Of a stretch of 34,175 bases of DNA, positions 1-11,317 are shown one piece after another. The position numbers were made by a program, and so were the translations under genes. The notes under the pieces were generated by a model that was given only the letters and a program-made list of their open reading frames with translations, ran no database searches and was not told the origin of the DNA. Origin of the DNA: Saprolegnia diclina VS20 (Eukaryota); contig NW_008246093.1 in the NCBI RefSeq assembly GCF_000281045.1, positions 346,986 to 381,160 of the forward strand. Direction: 5' to 3'. How positions within the stretch are numbered: the first letter of the stretch is position 1; the number at the start of each line of letters is the position of its first letter.

Positions 1-546
1 CGTCTCCGTTGGCGAATCCCATATATTCGCTTGGGTGCGACCTCTATGTCAGGCGCTTTGCAAGGCCTTGCCTACTACGCGTACGCACACTTCCCTCTCC
101 TAACAAGCAAGCGCCTTGGTACGCGCACGTGATCGGTCCTATCCGCATAGCACTGCTCGTCATTGGTGCAGTGTAGTAGTATAAACATCCAAAGGTCGAA
201 CATACTTGGTCGAGAGGAAGTGGTGGTCACCGTCACCGCACCCATTGGTGTCATTCTCGAACGTTATGACGGGGCGATATGCATGTGTCGTCCGTCTCGG
301 ATATTGCCGTCCTGGCCTTGGCCAGCACGGTTCAGCGCAAAGTCTACTTGGGAAAAGGACGTCCAGCGCACATTGGTCGCGCTCGTCGACGACCCAAGGC
401 GAGTTCAATTCCCGAGTGTGGCTTGCGTTATCCAAGGCAGCTCAATACCACCGCGTCAAAATGCTACCTGATCTGATGCTGATCCCAACCGCGGTTTTGA
501 CCGAAAGGTAGCGATTGAAGTTTCGTACAGACTAGGTGCTATCCTA

Positions 547-2009
547 CTAGACAGCACTCACGGACGCATAGGCTGCTGTCGACAGCGATGGTGGTTTGGC
601 GTGGTGTGCCATGGCCGATCGAAGCAGCGTGAGCACCTCGCGCTTGCTTTTCGCATTGCCACACTTGAGAAGCATCGTATGCCATTGTCCGTCAAAGCGC
701 TGCGCGCGCAGCAAGAAGCTCGTGTTGGCATCCCACGACGGGTGTTTCTGCACGTCGATTTCGTCCAGCGCGAGTTGGCTCCACGCAAATTGCTTGCGCA
801 CCTAGGTTGGCTTGTATCACTCTTTCAAAGCATCACGTATCCTCTACCTTGACACGCTGCTTGCGCATCGGCTTGGCGACCAAGAGCATGTCGGAGAGGA
901 CAATCAACGTTCGTGGTCGGGCGACCCAGAACGCCCACGGCGCCAGCGACAGGGTCGACACCACCTGAACATCATCACAAGTCGTGAGCGCCTCGTCAGT
1001 GTCGTAGGTGTTGTACGTAAAGGTGGCAGTCGCCGAGAAGGTGGCGGGTCGGGAGACACAACTCGGGGCAGCGAGGGCCCACGAGTCGCGATCTCAGTTC
1101 AAAGAGCTTGAGGTTGTTTTGCTCGGCGCGCACGCGTTCGTTGACGAGGGCGGCGACGTCCTTGACGTCCACGAGGAGGTCTTGGAGCGGCCCTGACAGC
1201 GACGGTGGCGCAAACGAGAGCCACTCGCGGATCAAGAGCGGGTACCGACACAACCGCTGGACGGGCTTGATCATTTCCGACTGCATGTCGACCTGGAGCG
1301 ACCGCGACGCGTGGCAGAGCTGGACGACGAACGCTTGGCACTCGGGCGCGACGCGCGTGACGGGCCGCACTTGGAGGAGCGTCGTCACCTCCTTGTACGC
1401 AGAGCAATAATGCGAGTAGAGCTTGAAGAACGGAAGGCGTCGACGCAGCGCCTGTATGATGTCGTGGCTGTGCGCTTCCAGTAAATGGTCTTGGACGCGG
1501 TCGGCCAAGGTCGGTAGCGACGCGACAAACTCGCCGTGGAGCGCGTGGAGCGACATGGTCGTTGCATATAAAGTAGTGAGCGCCGGGTGGTCGAACGCAG
1601 CGTGAAACACCTTGTCGAAGACGCGCTTCATGGCTTCGAGTGCGCTAAAGTAGGCCATCTCGGTCGCTACAAACTCGTGCAACACGGCGTAGCACTGCAC
1701 CGACGGGTGCGGTGTATGGTTCGCGTCGTCGTCGTCCCAGAGATCCAGCGGCATCAAGTCGTCATCGTCCGAGTCACTCGTGTCCCGGCGCCGACACTTG
1801 GTGTACATCGTATCGGCTTGCAGCGCCGGGTGCTGTCGCCGGAACGAGTCGAGGCGAATCGGGTGCCCCGAGAGCAAGTGGAGCTGCGAGAGCCGGCGAC
1901 AACTAGTCATGGACGACGCCGACGACGACGAGACGGTCGAGACACGCAGCTCGTCGTCCGTGCGCTTCCATTTGTGGCCGCTCAAAAAGTTGGGCAGCCG
2001 CAGCGTCAT
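547..2009 (-). CDS. Dbl-family RhoGEF (DH + PH domains), 3 exons (2009-1017, 964-848, 801-547)
   Basis: DH motifs: 'VLHEFVATEMAYFSAL', 'FFKLYSHYCSAY', 'MIKPVQRLCRYPLLIRE' and 'VAALVNERVR'. Two GT-AG introns (965-1016, 52 nt; 802-847, 46 nt) join in frame to a PH-like segment, 'RTLIVLSDMLLVAK...TMLLKCGNAKSKREVLTLLRSAM'. The start ATG at 2009 is inferred. Confidence 0.88.
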
Positions 2010-3794
2010 GCGCGACGCCCCGACGCACGGAAAGTGAGCATCTTCAAGCCCAACATGGCGGGAAAAATCGCTAAAAATATACAACTAACTCGCCAAATCT
2101 TTACGTTATGATGGCGGGACAGCTCTGCAGTTTCCATGCAGCGAACGGACTGTGTTGGTTTGCTTTGCCATCCCTCGAGTAATACGACCAACACACTAGC
2201 ACGTGACTATACCATCCTTTGATGGAGTCGTGGCTGTCTCAACGCCAACGCCGCGAGCCTGCATTGGTCTTGCTGGACCAGGCTGAGACGACCGATGCCA
2301 TCTTGCTCACAAAGGCGACCCATTTTCACAAAAACAAGCAAATTACGTGATTGTTGCAGCAGCTACACGTCGCCCGAATCGCTGGTCACCAAAACCGCGA
2401 CGCTGGGCCGCAAGGCTCAACTCGCTATGCCGCTCGGCGTTTCAAGGACGAGCAACTCGTGCCATCGCTGCGGCTCCAAGACCCGTGGTATCGCACCGCA
2501 CACGATGGCAACCCAAGTCACCTACAGAACCTCGCTTGCAAGGCATGTACCTCACCAGAGAATTCGAGTCAAAGGAGATGATGATCATCTTCGAAGGCTA
2601 GAAAGGCCACCGTGTACATGGACGAGACACGCGCTTGAACCTGCAACTAACCTTAGTGGCTCGTCGTAGCGGACGAGAACTCGCGTTGCTGGATCTTGTG
2701 GCATTTGGGACCACTCGGTGCTCACTGCTTCCTCACACACGCCATGCCAGCCAGCCTTGGCGAGCTCAGCGCCTCGACACGATGGGCTTCAACGACAGCG
2801 GCTCACGCCCACGGTTAGTGCAGACCACCTCTGGTACGAGCGGATAAAGACAGCGTTCCTCAGCGTTGACGGGATCGGATTTGTCATCAACGATTCATTG
2901 GACACGCTTGCTTCACGTAGCATCTCAGCACCACATGATTGCGCAATACTGCGAGCCTCGCGGCGACCTCGCTCGGACGCACTGAAGCGACGTTCAACGT
3001 GGCTTTTCCATGAGCCCAAGCCAAGGACATCCAAGGAGGTGTGGACCACGCTAGTCAACTGTTTGTTGTGCGTCCATCGTCCTTGTCCGACCCTTCAACC
3101 TTTTCGCGCGGCGCGGGGCCAAAGCTTGTCCGACCCTTCAACGAATCCGGCCGTCCTATCCAACCAAACGACCACGCCGACCGACGACGGCAATGGATGG
3201 CAGCGGTGCCAACCCACGTATGGACGTGCGAAGGGCACCGGCAGCTGCGTGGCGCCGGCGTGCGCTGGCAGGCACACCCGATGGCGCGGCGTCAACCGGG
3301 TACCTTGCCCGCCATGGCGGCTCATCCGAGTATACTTTCGACGCTGCATTCAATGGTAGCTTCTTTGACCTTGGCGCCAGTCCCGTACGGCGTCAATTCG
3401 CAGAGACGACTGATACCAAGCGGCTTAGTCTGCGCTGATAACTTGGCCACAAGAAAATATTTTCCACCGAGCTTGATGGGCGCCTTGAACGGATGCTTGA
3501 AGCAAATCGCTTGTCGCGCGCATACCCAGCGTACCACCGCCTCATTATTGGCCACATACACAGTCGAAAATGCATCTGGCAGCGGGCGATCCATTGTCTT
3601 TAAAATCGATATTTTTATTCGATCTTGCCGTTTGTATGCAAAAGCAGGCGTTTGGTTAAAAAATAGAGTCACCTCTACCTGCTGCGACAGCCGGTGCGAA
3701 CGTGGGTTGCAAAATGTCTTGAAGTTTGTATACTCCTCGGCGGTTGCGATTCTTGTGGTATCCAGCACTCGAATATCTTTGGCGGCCACGAGCC

Positions 3795-3810
3795 GCTCAC
3801 TTTGCATTTT
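3795..3810 (+). promoter_or_regulatory. Oomycete initiator + FPR-like core promoter of asparagine synthetase
   Basis: GCTCACTTTGCATTTT lies 24 nt upstream of the ATG and resembles the oomycete INR/FPR consensus (GCTCATTYYNCAWTTT-like). The same 11-mer, CTCACTTTGCA, recurs upstream of the gene starting at 22335. Confidence 0.6.
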
Positions 3811-3833
3811 CACGACTAAGAACTAGCAGCACC

Positions 3834-5576
3834 ATGTGCGGGATCGTCGCCATCTATGCGTCCATGCTGAGCAACGACGAGCTGCGCAAGGCCATCCTCG
3901 AGGCCGGCAAGAAGTACGTGCTATCGCGTCCAGCGCTCGTGAGGCTAACCATGGTATTTTGTAGGATTCGCCACCGCGGACCCGACTGGAGCGGCGTGCG
4001 CATCTTGCCCAAGGGCATCGCCATCGAGCACGAGCGCCTCGCTATCATCGACCCCGAGTCAGGCGCGCAGCCGCTCGTCTCGAACGACGGCACGATCACG
4101 CTCGCGGTCAACGGCGAAGTCTACAACTACAAGGAGCTCGCGGCCGCCTTGCCGACGCCGTATGCGTTCAAGACCAAGTCGGACTGCGAAGTCATCATCC
4201 CGCTCTACAAGCAGTACGGCCCGTCGTTCGTCTCGAAGCTCCGCGGCATGTTCTCGTTCGTGCTCTACGACTCGACCGCCGACGTGCTCCTCGCCGCGCG
4301 CGACCACATGGGCATCACGCCCTTGTATTACGGCTACGCGGCCGACGGCAGCGTCTGGTTTGCGTCTGAAATGAAGGCCATCGAGCACGGCTGCGTCCGC
4401 TTCGAGTGCTTCCCGCCGGGCCACGTGTTTCACAGCAAGACGGGCGAGTTTACGCGCTGGTACAACCCGTCGTGGATGGAGCCCAACCACCTTGGCACGA
4501 ACCCGCTCGACCTCGCCAAGCTCCGCAATGCGTTCGAAACCGCGGTACACAAGCGCATGATGTCGGACGTGCCGTGGGGCGTGCTCCTTTCGGGCGGCCT
4601 CGACTCGTCGCTTGTCGCCTCGATCGCCGCGCGCCACCAAAAAAAGATGTTTGCCGACGGCGACAAGTCGGAGTGGTTCCCGCGCCTCCACTCGTTCACG
4701 ATCGGTCTCGAAAACTCGCCGGACCTCGCGGCCGCCAAGGAGGTCGCGTCCTTCCTTGGCACGATCCACCACTCGTACACGTACACGATCCAAGAAGGCC
4801 TCGATGCGGTCGCCGACGTCATCTACCACCTCGAGACGTACGACGTGACGACGATCCGCGCGTCGACGCCCATGTTTCTCATGTCGCGCAAGATCAAGGC
4901 CATGGGCATCAAGATGGTGCTCTCGGGCGAAGGTGCCGACGAGGTCTTTGGCGGCTACCTCTACTTCCACAAGGCGCCCAACAAGGAGGCGTTCCACAAG
5001 GAGACTGTCGATAAGCTCAAGTCGCTCCACCAGTACGACTGCCTCCGCGCCAACAAGGCCACGTCTGCGTGGGGCCTCGAGGCGCGCGTGCCGTTCTTGG
5101 ACGCCGACTTTTTGGACGTGGCCATGAACATTGACACGCAAGAGAAGATGTGCGACCGCGCAAGCGGCCGCATGGAGAAGCACATCATCCGCAAGGCGTT
5201 CGACACGCCGGACGAGCCGTACCTCCCGGCGCACATTCTGTGGCGCCAGAAGGAACAGTTCTCGGACGGCGTCGGGTACGGCTGGATCGACTCGCTCAAG
5301 GACTGGGCCGAGCGCGAAGTCTCGGACCGCCAAATGCAGCACGCCGAGCTCCTCTTCCCGTACAACACGCCACAGACGAAGGAAGCGTACTTTTACCGAA
5401 GCATCTTCTCCAAGCACTTTGAAAAGGAAGTCGCGGCGCAGACGGTGCCGGGTGGCCCGAGCATTGCGTGCTCGACGCCCGCCGCCATCGAGTGGGACGC
5501 AGCCTTCAAGAACGCCGCCGACCCGTCCGGCCGCGCCATCGCCGGCGTCCATGTCGACGCATACAAGGGCCAATAA
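3834..5576 (+). CDS. ASNS: Asparagine synthetase [glutamine-hydrolysing], AsnB type, 2 exons (intron 3914-3964)
   Basis: It has the Ntn-amidotransferase start MCGI, plus RHRGPD, HERLAIID, NGEVYN, the ATP-binding LLSGGLDSS, SGEGADEVFGGY, EARVPFLD and RQKEQFSDG. Removing the 51-nt GT-AG intron gives 'AGKKIRHRGPDWSG'. Confidence 0.97.
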   Translation: MCGIVAIYASMLSNDELRKAILEAGKKYVLSRPALVRLTMVFCRIRHRGPDWSGVRILPKGIAIEHERLAIIDPESGAQPLVSNDGTITLAVNGEVYNYKELAAALPTPYAFKTKSDCEVIIPLYKQYGPSFVSKLRGMFSFVLYDSTADVLLAARDHMGITPLYYGYAADGSVWFASEMKAIEHGCVRFECFPPGHVFHSKTGEFTRWYNPSWMEPNHLGTNPLDLAKLRNAFETAVHKRMMSDVPWGVLLSGGLDSSLVASIAARHQKKMFADGDKSEWFPRLHSFTIGLENSPDLAAAKEVASFLGTIHHSYTYTIQEGLDAVADVIYHLETYDVTTIRASTPMFLMSRKIKAMGIKMVLSGEGADEVFGGYLYFHKAPNKEAFHKETVDKLKSLHQYDCLRANKATSAWGLEARVPFLDADFLDVAMNIDTQEKMCDRASGRMEKHIIRKAFDTPDEPYLPAHILWRQKEQFSDGVGYGWIDSLKDWAEREVSDRQMQHAELLFPYNTPQTKEAYFYRSIFSKHFEKEVAAQTVPGGPSIACSTPAAIEWDAAFKNAADPSGRAIAGVHVDAYKGQ

Positions 5577-5990
5577 GCACACCACCTAATACTACTAGTC
5601 TACTACATCTTATCGCTTCTTATTGCACGCGAAGGCTTTGGCTCGTGGGACTGCAATCGAAGGCTCGTGAGGCACGGTGAGCGGCTCTCAGGGTGTGCAA
5701 GGAAGCCTCCGTGGCGTCCTTGAAATGTCGTCGCATCGCACGGAGATATCCGCGGACGGGCAAAGCACGAGGTTCCTACCCTGGGCTTGTGACACGACGC
5801 TGTGGGTTGAGGGATATCCGTGCTGGCGAGGTGCCGAGAATTACCCTACCCCTCCGATTTTTCATCTTTTTAAAAGATTATCGCCTCCGCGAAAAGAGAG
5901 AATGGCACGAGATAGTCTTGTGTTGCACGACAAAAGACGCGTCGGAAGGGAATATCCCCATTTACAAAACGGCAATCTCGGCAAGATACG

Positions 5991-8754
5991 ATGCAAATGA
6001 CCAAGTGGGAAGAGGTCGCGGACGAGACAGGCCGGAGCTACTACGTCAACCGGGTCACGGGCGAGACGCAGTGGGAGGCGCCACCACCGCACGAGCTGCT
6101 CGCGACGACCGACGACGATGAAATCTTTGTCGACGCTGCCTTGCTGGCGCGGGCGCTCGCCATCCGCCAGCGACTGGTCGCGGCCGCGCCGCTGCAGTCG
6201 CCGACGCATTGGATTCGCATGTTTGACCCGACGCGACACGAAGCGTACTACTTCGATTGCGTGGCTGGCCGGCTGCAATCGGCGGCGCCCGAACACCTCG
6301 TTCTCGACGACGCGCTCGCGGCTTGGTGGCTCACGCTGCAGTGCGCACTGCGCTCGGCGCTCGCCCGCCGGCGAGTGGCCTACAAGCGACTGCAGCGGCG
6401 GTACCCGATTCTGCCTCGGCCACTTGCACTTTTGTCTCTGGCCTTGGTGCGTCTACCTCTGTTTAGCTTTTCTTACCAGCGTGGTCGTAGGAGACTGAGA
6501 GCCACCGGGAGGCTGACGAGCGGCGAGGGCTCTTGCACGCAGAGAAGGCGCAGTGCTCGCAGAGCGACCGGTTCTGGGGCCTTGACCAAGTACGGCATAT
6601 CGTCTTGGCACGGATGGTGCTGACCGTGGATTCCGTAGCGCATTGTCGAGATTCGCCGGCAGCTCGTGGAGGAAAGCATGCTGCGCGAAGCCGAAGAGAT
6701 GCGTCGCAAGCTCAACGTACAGAAGCGCTGCGGAATGCAGCGTTTTGCGCTGAATACACTTTGGATTAGGAAAACGCCCGGCGACGCGAAGACAGCTTGC
6801 GCAAGGCGGCCGAAGAGCAGGAGCGGAAGCGCCGGTCAGAAGACAGTTTGATCGAAACCCACGAGCGCCAAGGCATGCAGCTCCAAGAGCTACTGCAGTG
6901 CAAAGTCGACACGTTTTGGGGTGTTCAAAAGCAAGAGAATGACGAGCGGTGGTATGCACACAAGAGCTCGCCGTCTTCTCCAACGACGGTGTAGCTGCCA
7001 AGACCAAATGCTGCTCGAAGATGCAGCGTCAGCACGCTATGCACAGGTAGGCGCTGGCTTTGGCATTCTTCTCGCACGCACCGAGCGTATTGCAGGACCT
7101 ACTGGAAGCCCAGCTGCACGCGCGATGGGCGTTGGACGCGGCGCGGGCCCTTGAAATGGAGAAGAAGAAGCGGCTTGGTGAAGAGATCAAGTTTCAAAAG
7201 CAGTACCTCAAGGTACGTATCGATGGACGTAGCGATCGGTGCATCCACTGTCTTGTAGCTCTTTCAGCGGGCCACGACGTCGCAAGTTGTGATCCGGTAC
7301 CGCTGGCCAACGCTGCAGGTCGTCGAGCTCGCAACCAAGCCCAAGGTTGCTACGGAGGATAGCGCGTACAGCCTCGACGTGGTCCTCGACCCGGTGCGGC
7401 GGGCAACACCAAAGCACACGTTTCACTCGGCGAGCGGAAGTCACACGGTAGACGACGTTTGTGTACAATTTGATAAATAGTCCTTCGTACTAGGTGGGGC
7501 GAAAAGGCAAATTGGAGATTTCGCAGCCGCCGCCCTGCTTTCGGCTGGACCAGCCGAGCCCCCACCCAAAAGTACAGTCTCTCTAAGGTCACATAGTACT
7601 CGCCATTAAATTGAGAGTCTAGAAGCCGCTCAACCCCAACCAACCTGCGTCGGCCAACGGTCTGCCCTTTCGCGTACCCACGGTGCCTCGCTCATGCTTT
7701 TGCCGATTCTCGAACCGCGTCATAGAATGCTGGCGTCGAAGCCGTCTTGGGTCGCCCCCTCGAGAAGCGCAAGAGCGTTCAGCTCCCGTCGATGGTCATC
7801 GCACCGAGCAACCAGCAGCCCGAGCCGACAGACACACCGCAGGTCGTCGACGACAGCATCGACGTGGCTTCAATCCAAGAGCAGTTTGGTCCGGAAGAAG
7901 GCAGGAGGCTTTCTCGTTGTATTTGGTCAAGAGGAACTCATGCACTGTGCTGTGGTAGTGGTGCTGCAACAGATCTTTGAGCTCATCGACACGGACCACG
8001 GCGGCACCATCGACAAGGACGAAATGGTCGCCCCATTTGCGATAGAATCGGATTCGGAATTTGAATCGGAACCTAGATGTGGGCGCTCACACGCGATGCA
8101 GTCATCCACAAACTCGCCATGACCTCGGTCGTCTTTCGGGATGTCCTCAAGAAGCGCAACCTCGAAGCGCTCTTTGAGGAGATGGATGCGTCCAAGACAG
8201 GCGCCGTGCCCTGGCACGTCTTCCGGTCCTACTGCGAAAAGACGTTTTTTACGCTGCAACTGGAGACAGCGCGAAAGTTGCGGCTGAAGGGACCGCAAGT
8301 GCTCTTGAGCAAAGAAGAACGCTTGCAAAAGAAGAACGACGAGTACAAGGCGCGCAAAGCCATTTTGGATCAAGAAGAAGCCATTGCAAAGGTCATACTT
8401 TCTGTCGTAGCCAGACTCTGTGGACAATCTGGCTTAGCTCGTGTTTGCACTCGTCGACACGGACCACAGCGGCACGATCGATCAGAAGGAAATGATGCAA
8501 GCGCTCGAGCTCAACGAACACGTGCGCGCGTTTGTCCAGCGGTCGAGCGGCCTCCAACCGCTCTTGACCAACCCGGTACTATGACAATATCTTCCATTGT
8601 GCTGTGGACCCATGTATAATGCTAGACGTTTGCCAAAGCGTTCATTGGCATGGCCACGGACGTCGAGAAGGGCATGGGCCTCGACGAATTCATGTGCTTT
8701 TGCACGGAAATTGCCTCGGTCGCCATGCTCAACGGGATGGTGCCCTCGACCTAG
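5991..8754 (+). CDS. Multi-exon (about 14) protein: two N-terminal WW domains, coiled-coil region, Pro-rich linker, C-terminal EF-hand pairs
   Basis: WW1 is 'WEEVADETGRSYYVNRVTGETQWEAP' and a degenerate WW2 is 'WIRMFDPTRHEAYYFDCVAGRLQSAAP'. EF-hand loops are DTDHGGTIDKDE and DTDHSGTIDQKE, with degenerate partners (DASKTGAVPWHV; ATDVEKGMGLDE). A chain of about 45-58-nt introns keeps the frame from 5991 to TAG 8752-8754. The fusion across 7448-7725 is inferred; the alternative is two genes, split at the stop at 7480. Confidence 0.7.
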
Positions 8755-11317
8755 TTCTTTGAGCGATAGATAAACTTGGTAGCTTGAAAACCGTTTGTCG
8801 ATTCTTGAATCGTCGATTATCGCGACAGAAACCGAGGAAATGAATGGACAAAACTGGGAGGAATGCACCGTTGTTGGTCCGTGTGGGTTGCTCGGGACGT
8901 TGTTGCTGTCGCCTCTGTTTTGCTCGGGACGTTCGCTGTGTTCGCACCCGATCGCGACTGCTGCGCCGTCGCAGTGACGCGCATTCCATCACGTCCCGGT
9001 TTATTGCTAACATTAGAAAAAATTCGAATCCGCCGAAATAAGATATGATCTGATTTTGGTTGAAGAGAGTTTGTAAAGATCACTTGTGAGGAATTTGCTC
9101 AACAGGATCAGCTGAAATGCACAAGCCATGGACGCTGTGCCAGTCGGACGCTCATTGCGAAATCCAAGTCTGTTCATACACCCCGAATTCAGCCACGACA
9201 ACTCGACGCAGAGTGGGACTCCGTCGACAAACGACCACACATGTGGTACCAGTGTACTCGTGGTCCAAGCAGCGCAATTTAAGCAGCCCAGTGAATTGCA
9301 CTGAATTGCTTTGGGTGGTTGCAACTGCGTCCATCTACGAGCTCGCAAGGAACCGAGTCAAGCGCACCTTGAGAGCAAAAATTCGGCGCACCAAGGGCAA
9401 TGTCGACCACCGTGCAGGGTGTGTTGGGTTCGAAATCGAACGGACGCCAAATTTCAGCAATGATGGGGTGTCCCAGAAGAAGTGTCGGTGGCCTCGTAGA
9501 TACCACATTCGAATCGACGGTTCGTAGGTGGGCAATTCATTGCGATAGAGGCCGAGAAGGTTACGCACAATGCGTCCCTTGTTCGCGGTTCGCGCAGGCA
9601 GGTGAAAGATCGTGGCTATTATAGCATCCGACAACATATGTTGATGCACCATGTGGTGGAATTCCCACAGACAAGTACATGCTTCATAGGGAGTCGTTGT
9701 GTTGCCCAACCCGAGGACGTGGACAAGACGAGAGTTTTTATCGCAAAATGGATCTCTACAGTGTGTGGGTGTACTGTAGAAGAAAGGTGGATCGGGCATA
9801 CGGGTCTGCCAGGAGCTCCAGCCTTTAGATCCAGAAGTTAACGCGATTCTCTGGCAAGATACTCGAACTTGCACATGGGAAGAGACGCCGCCTCGTGAGC
9901 GATAACGGTGGCCGCGGGATCGCGCTGAAGCCCGTGTCCAATATCCTCGCAGCTGCGCCGCGCTACGCGGCACTTGTCCTCTACGCTGTCCAATCAATTG
10001 TCGCTCGCTCTGCAACCATTCCAGCCACCCAGCTACCCACCCACATCTCGTCTCGGCGCGAAATAATTTATTTCCCGAGGGTCTTGTGGTGGCGGTGATC
10101 GGCCCAGATAGAAGGACGTGGAGGTGGGAATTCTCTGATCAGCTTGGATCGATCACACGGGATCGGTTGGTACGCGTCGTGGCCACCCGAAGAGACGAGC
10201 GATGCGCAAATATATATTTGGCGCCAACATACATAGGTGCTGCCGTCGATATGTGCGCCGTGTGACGATCCACCCTTCTCACTATGGGTTGCCCACATAG
10301 TCGACATGGACATGGAGTCACACGCAGGTCAGCTCGCTTGCCTTGCATACACACGCGGACGGATGATCGATCACGCGCTTGGTCGTACACATGGACAGAA
10401 CAAGGGTGCATAGGGCTGCGTATACATGGACACTCACACTTCTGTGCTCGTGCAAGCCAATGTGTTTCGGGGCGTCATACACCGGGTTGTGCCCACCACT
10501 CGCTTGGCAACTGGATTTATGATTCCACTCCTAATATAATTGCACAATTTTTCTCGTCGAGCTAAATGCAAAAGGGCACTTTAAATCAGCTCTTTTCTCG
10601 AGCGAGTCGCGTTATGACGTCTCGTGACCGTCTCGACTCGACGAGCTCCAGCAAGCAAAGCAATAAAAATGTTTGGTTGTTGTTTGCTGTTTGGTTGTCG
10701 ACGCGGGAAAGCTACTATTAAAAATACTACTCGGTTGTTGTCGTTCCCAGCTTCGAAAGAGTGAAGCTCCACACGTTTGCACAAATTGTACGAATCAAAA
10801 CCGACGAAACCAATGGCCACGCGCGTCCACAAGCGAATTCAGGTGGGTAGTTTGCCGTCGCACGCATTCCGTTTGCTGCACGAAGAGACAGCGCGACGCG
10901 ATCGGATTGACCACCATTCAGTGCCCTTGATCTTCGAAAAGACGTTGCTGAAATATCCCCTTATCATAAAGCATACAAAGATGCATAGTATTAGAGTCCA
11001 GGCTACATCTAAATTACGAAAAAGGGGTGTCCACCAATCCCTTCTTCGTACACAGCTGTGACCAACGTCAACGAATTGAATTCTTTGAGCCGTGTCCCAT
11101 CCCATACATTTTTCCAGTGTGCGTATTTTATTTTGCATTAAAATGCATTCCACCAGTGCGAATAGAGGAATGATCTATCATAATTTAAAATGCGACCGCG
11201 TGAAATTTAATAAAAATCATCTCGTGACACACGCAGCGTGGGACGTTCGCCAAAATTCGTGTTGGCCGAGGCCGCGTCGCCGGCGACCACTTTGGAACTC
11301 GCCGCCTCCGCATCATC

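Noticed and set aside
3322..3813. 163-aa minus-strand ORF (and the overlapping 261-aa plus ORF) upstream of ASNS
   Set aside because: It lies over the more AT-rich ASNS promoter, lacks the GC3 bias of real genes here and has no recognisable domain.
4059..5585. 508-aa antisense ORF over asparagine synthetase
   Set aside because: A shadow ORF caused by the strong GC3 bias of the sense gene; no recognisable motifs.
8888..8933. 14-bp direct repeat TTGCTCGGGACGTT x2 as a CRISPR-like or regulatory array
   Set aside because: Only two short units, eukaryotic context, no cas genes; probably a local slippage duplication.
9100..10560. Scattered ORFs of up to 226 aa in the long intergenic region
   Set aside because: No codon bias, motif or consistent splice model; may be decayed sequence, but I cannot support a call.
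10572..10928. 9-bp inverted repeat AAGGGCACT...AGTGCCCTT as a possible MITE
   Set aside because: Too short to exceed chance over this distance, does not extend cleanly, and has no convincing TSD.
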